Assembly: GCA_947461105.1 (NCBI GenBank)
Contig: CANHIG010000001.1
Span: forward strand, 1,974-65,973
DNA: 64,000 nucleotides
Origin: Bacteroidota bacterium
GTDB taxonomy: Bacteria > Bacteroidota > Bacteroidia > Chitinophagales > LD1
Reading direction: 5' to 3'
Positions within the stretch are counted from its first letter, which is position 1, and each line of letters starts with the position of its first letter. A program made the translations under genes and the position numbers. Below the pieces are notes generated by a model. That model ran no database searches, was not told the DNA's origin, and saw only the letters and a list, made by a program, of their open reading frames with translations. This document shows positions 60,688-64,000 of this stretch, piece by piece.

Positions 60688-61326
60688 TTATACTCCCTTG
60701 TCTATCATAAACTCTTTCTGATTTTCTTTATTTAATGGCATATTAAATGAGTGCTTCATCTTGCTGAGAAAAAAGCTATCTGCCTTCCCATTTCCATAGC
60801 CAAACACTTCGGCAATTTGCTCATCATCCAATATAAATCGAATTCTATTTATCTTCTCCTCACCATAACAATTTTTTCCTGCAATCTTCCCTGTGTATTT
60901 TTGATTGATGTGCTCGAACTCTGTTCCAATAAATCCAATCTCGTTCTGCCTGCACCATGTTCCTAACCAAATATTTGAGGAGGCAGTTAGTAAATATACC
61001 TGCCGACCTTTTGCCTTGTGCTGAGTAATTAGCTGAATTGCTTCCGGATAAACAAACTTAGGCAATTCATTTAAGCTAAAACTTTTGCCCTTTTCTTCCA
61101 GTTCCGACACTGAAACGCCTTTATAAAAAAAGGTAAAAAACCGCTCTTTTAAATTTTGATTGGGATAAATTTTTAGAAGATAAAGAACAATAAAAGGGGC
61201 ATTTAAAAAAATGCACAAAAGCAGTTTGAAGCTTCCGTCAGTGTATTTGATAAATTCTATGAAGGAATCTTTAAAACTAATCGTTCCATCAAAATCAAAT
61301 AGTGCAACCTCTCTTTTTTCGCTCAT
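60688..61326 (-). CDS. HAD-IB-family hydrolase (phosphatase)
   Basis: Motif I is ALFDFDGTIS (DxDxT). A cap region is present, and the protein has a late GNGKADS segment. It starts 1 nt after the upstream SDR gene. Confidence 0.75.
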   Translation of the reverse strand: MSEKREVALFDFDGTISFKDSFIEFIKYTDGSFKLLLCIFLNAPFIVLYLLKIYPNQNLKERFFTFFYKGVSVSELEEKGKSFSLNELPKFVYPEAIQLITQHKAKGRQVYLLTASSNIWLGTWCRQNEIGFIGTEFEHINQKYTGKIAGKNCYGEEKINRIRFILDDEQIAEVFGYGNGKADSFFLSKMKHSFNMPLNKENQKEFMIDKGV

Positions 61327-61327
61327 G

Positions 61328-62065
61328 CTATAGATTAGTTTTCTTGAAAATACGCTCCGGTATATTTCTTATAATAAACATAATCAATCTCCAAATGGGC
61401 AAAACGTAGACTACATCTTTCTTCGCTTTATTTGCCAGCCAAATAGCATCGGCAACTTGCGCTGCACTTGCAGTAATTGGTTTTGGCGTTTCGGGTAGCA
61501 ATTCCACCATTTTCGTTTTGATAAAGCCCGGAATGATAGTAGCAACATGTACATTTGATGCGGCAAGTCTGGCTCGTAGTCCACTCAGAAAGGCAGTTAA
61601 CCCCGCCTTTGACGAGCCATATATATAGTTACTTTTTCTGCCTCGCTCCCCTGCAACGGAGGAAACACAAATAATCGTGCCTTCCCTTTTGCTTTCCATA
61701 TCATTAGCAATGATTCCCAATATGGAGACATTGCCCACAAAATTTGAAGCGATAATCAGATTGGCTTGAGTAAAATCCGACAGCGCTTGCTCATGATTTC
61801 CTAGGTATCCAAAAACAGAAAGCACTACATTGGGTTTTACACCGAGTGATTCGTAAAAAGACTTATGACTGCTTGTCGCTAATGCGTCAAATTGAACACT
61901 AACAACATGTACATTATATCTGATTGATAAATCAGCTGCCAAATTTCTTTGATACTCATCCCCATTCCGTGTTGCTAAAATCAAATCAAATCCTTCTTTT
62001 GCGAACCTGTGCGCACAAGCTATTCCAACATCGGAGCTTGAGCCTAAAATCAAAAGTGTACTCAT
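61328..62065 (-). CDS. Short-chain dehydrogenase/reductase, DprE2-like
   Basis: Rossmann fold LILGSSSDVGIACA and the catalytic YGSSKAG (YxxxK) are present. Its operon position after a DprE1-like FAD oxidase supports the call. Confidence 0.7.
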   Translation of the reverse strand: MSTLLILGSSSDVGIACAHRFAKEGFDLILATRNGDEYQRNLAADLSIRYNVHVVSVQFDALATSSHKSFYESLGVKPNVVLSVFGYLGNHEQALSDFTQANLIIASNFVGNVSILGIIANDMESKREGTIICVSSVAGERGRKSNYIYGSSKAGLTAFLSGLRARLAASNVHVATIIPGFIKTKMVELLPETPKPITASAAQVADAIWLANKAKKDVVYVLPIWRLIMFIIRNIPERIFKKTNL

Positions 62066-62082
62066 AGTTATTTTTATGCAGT

Positions 62083-63390
62083 TTATATTTTAAGTCTCAT
62101 AGACTGTAGTGACTGGAATTTTGCAGGATGAGAAAATGCTGTAGTGTATGATTTATGGAAAGTATCGCTGTTCATCCGGGCATCTTTTGTAAGATAAAGA
62201 CGACCCGAATACGCCAAAACTATTTCATCCAATTCGTCTAAGAGTTTGAAAACCTTTTTGCTTATCTTGAAATCAAGTGCAAGCGTATAGCCTTTAATCG
62301 GAAAAGATAGTGGAGAAGCAACTGCGTCATTCTCTCCAAAGGTTTTCAAAACCGCCAGAAAAGAACCGCAACCTGAATTTGCAATTTTAGTAAGAATTTT
62401 AACCAGTCCTTCCTTGCCGTTTTCAAAAGGAATGGCAAACTGATACTGCGTAAATCCATTGGCACCATAAATTCTATTCCAGTTATTTATCGCGTCAAGT
62501 GGATAAAAATAGGGATTGTAATGAATTACATTATCTACCTCGTGTTGCATTTGCTTATGATAATACAGAAAGTTAAATGCCTTAATAGATAACTCGTTAA
62601 GCACAAAGTTGGGGAACATAAATGGCACATTGATTTGCTTGTTTGAATGAACAGCTAAAGGCTGATGAGATTGTTTTTCATTCAACTCTTTATTTGTTGC
62701 ATGCTCGCCAAGCATCAGTATAGAACGACCCAGACTATTTCCTTTTGACAAACAATCAATCCATGCCACAGAATAGGTGTAATCGCAAAACTTATCGAAA
62801 TACTCCAGCATTTCATAAATGTTTTTCGCCTTAATTGCCTTTTGCTTTATATAACTGGTTTCTATCTTTTTAAGTTTGAGATTCACAGAAATAATTACAC
62901 CTGTAAGTCCCATCCCACCAATTGTTTCAGTAAACAATGCCGGATTAGAATTTTTAGAGCAATGGATAATAGTTCCTGTTTCGTTAAGTAAGTTAAATGA
63001 TTCTATATAACGAGAAATTGAGCCCTCTGAATGATGATTCTTCCCATGAATATTTGATGCAACAGCACCTCCTATAGTTATAAACTTGGTGCCGGGTGTT
63101 ACCGGTAAAAAGAATCCTTTAGGCACAATCACTTCCAGAATATCTCTTAGCAACACTCCAGCTTCACATGATATCATGCCATTTTCAGTATCAAATGACA
63201 AGAATTTATTTAACTCCAATGTAGAGAAAATCGTTTTTTGGAGGGAGCTGTCGCCATAGCATCTGCCATTTCCACGCGGAATAATTACAAGATTTTCTTT
63301 GACAAATTCCGCAATCTTCGCATAGTGACTAAAGGCAATTTGATTTGCATCTATTCGAGGAAAAACGCCCCAGTTAAATACTTTTCCCAT
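62083..63390 (-). CDS. FAD-binding (PCMH-type) oxidoreductase, DprE1-like
   Basis: The FAD_binding_4 pattern IIPRGNGRCYGDSSL...ITIGGAVASNIHGKNHH is present. The length and C-terminal layout resemble decaprenylphospho-ribose 2'-oxidase. Confidence 0.7.
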   Translation of the reverse strand: MGKVFNWGVFPRIDANQIAFSHYAKIAEFVKENLVIIPRGNGRCYGDSSLQKTIFSTLELNKFLSFDTENGMISCEAGVLLRDILEVIVPKGFFLPVTPGTKFITIGGAVASNIHGKNHHSEGSISRYIESFNLLNETGTIIHCSKNSNPALFTETIGGMGLTGVIISVNLKLKKIETSYIKQKAIKAKNIYEMLEYFDKFCDYTYSVAWIDCLSKGNSLGRSILMLGEHATNKELNEKQSHQPLAVHSNKQINVPFMFPNFVLNELSIKAFNFLYYHKQMQHEVDNVIHYNPYFYPLDAINNWNRIYGANGFTQYQFAIPFENGKEGLVKILTKIANSGCGSFLAVLKTFGENDAVASPLSFPIKGYTLALDFKISKKVFKLLDELDEIVLAYSGRLYLTKDARMNSDTFHKSYTTAFSHPAKFQSLQSMRLKI

Positions 63391-64000
63391 AAAGAATAAA
63401 TAAGAAAGTTAGCCCCCAAAGTAATAAAGTAATTTGCAGAAATCTGTCTCTCCACAATACATCTGTAGGAGAGCCGGAGTCTTTATCCACCACAGTGATT
63501 TGTATATAGCGCATGATGCCAATAAAAACAAAAAGTGAAGTGAAATATAGCTTGTCAGAACCTATTCGTGCAATCACTTCCGTAGAAATAGAATATAAAA
63601 CATAAGAAATCAAAGTGATGGAAAACGAAATACTCTTTGCTATATCCAAAAAAGCTATTGAATATCCTGATAATGACTTCCTGATACTGTTTTTCTGAAC
63701 ATCAATGACTAAATCGTCTCTTCGTTTAGCAAAAGCCATAGATATCGTAAGCAGAAAAACCATAATTATCATCCAGTTTGAAACAAAAACTTGCGCCTCA
63801 ACACCTCCTGGCAACACTCGCAATACAAACCCAATGCTAATGCAAGAAACATCCACAATAGAAATGTTTTTCAATAGGAATGAGTATAAAATATTCAGTG
63901 CAAAATAGCAGAGCAGATAAATAGCGGAATACTTCAACAGAAAAAGAGAAGCAAGAAATAATAATGACATCAAAACGAATAGTGCCCATGCTAATTTCAC
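63374..64000 (-). CDS. UbiA-family prenyltransferase, decaprenyl-phosphate phosphoribosyltransferase-like; the 5' end lies outside the window
   Basis: Polytopic protein. The sequence NILYSFLLKNISIVDVSCISIGFVLRVLPGG resembles the second Asp-rich region of DPPR-synthase-type UbiA proteins. It overlaps the next gene by 17 nt. Confidence 0.65.
   Translation of the reverse strand: MKLAWALFVLMSLLFLASLFLLKYSAIYLLCYFALNILYSFLLKNISIVDVSCISIGFVLRVLPGGVEAQVFVSNWMIIMVFLLTISMAFAKRRDDLVIDVQKNSIRKSLSGYSIAFLDIAKSISFSITLISYVLYSISTEVIARIGSDKLYFTSLFVFIGIMRYIQITVVDKDSGSPTDVLWRDRFLQITLLLWGLTFLFILYGKSI

Overview
The window is a dense, chromosomal-looking region, most likely from a Bacteroidota genome. The evidence for that is several Type IX secretion (T9SS) C-terminal sorting domains, TAnnTTTG-type -7 promoter boxes, a coaX-OMP-lptC gene order, and about 40% GC by eye. 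I support roughly 55 protein-coding genes. Housekeeping genes include rnc, ctaA, rbfA, coaX, lptC, rlmN, dnaX, fahA, fabF, acpP and pyk, and there is an LPS-core cluster of GT4, GT2 and an O-antigen-ligase-like gene. Large surface or secreted proteins are interspersed: a modular T9SS repeat protein, a tandem C-type-lectin/SprB-repeat adhesin, a roughly 300-residue G-X-T collagen-like protein, and an alpha-2-macroglobulin-like protein next to an ECF sigma/anti-sigma pair. I found no rRNA, tRNA, CRISPR array, transposase, integrase or phage module. The points most worth a second look are these: (1) dnaX is split at an A10 run, so a tau-length product needs a -1 shift. (2) A four-gene UbiA/DprE1-like/DprE2-like/HAD operon resembles a polyprenyl-phospho-arabinofuranose pathway, with a GT-C-like membrane protein nearby. 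(3) The collagen-like and lectin surface proteins. (4) Four disrupted genes, three of them single-base-deficit frameshifts; this may simply reflect homopolymer sequencing errors and weakens the dnaX recoding idea. No clearly novel multi-gene system such as a defence island is evident. All family assignments come from motif reading and memory, not from searches.
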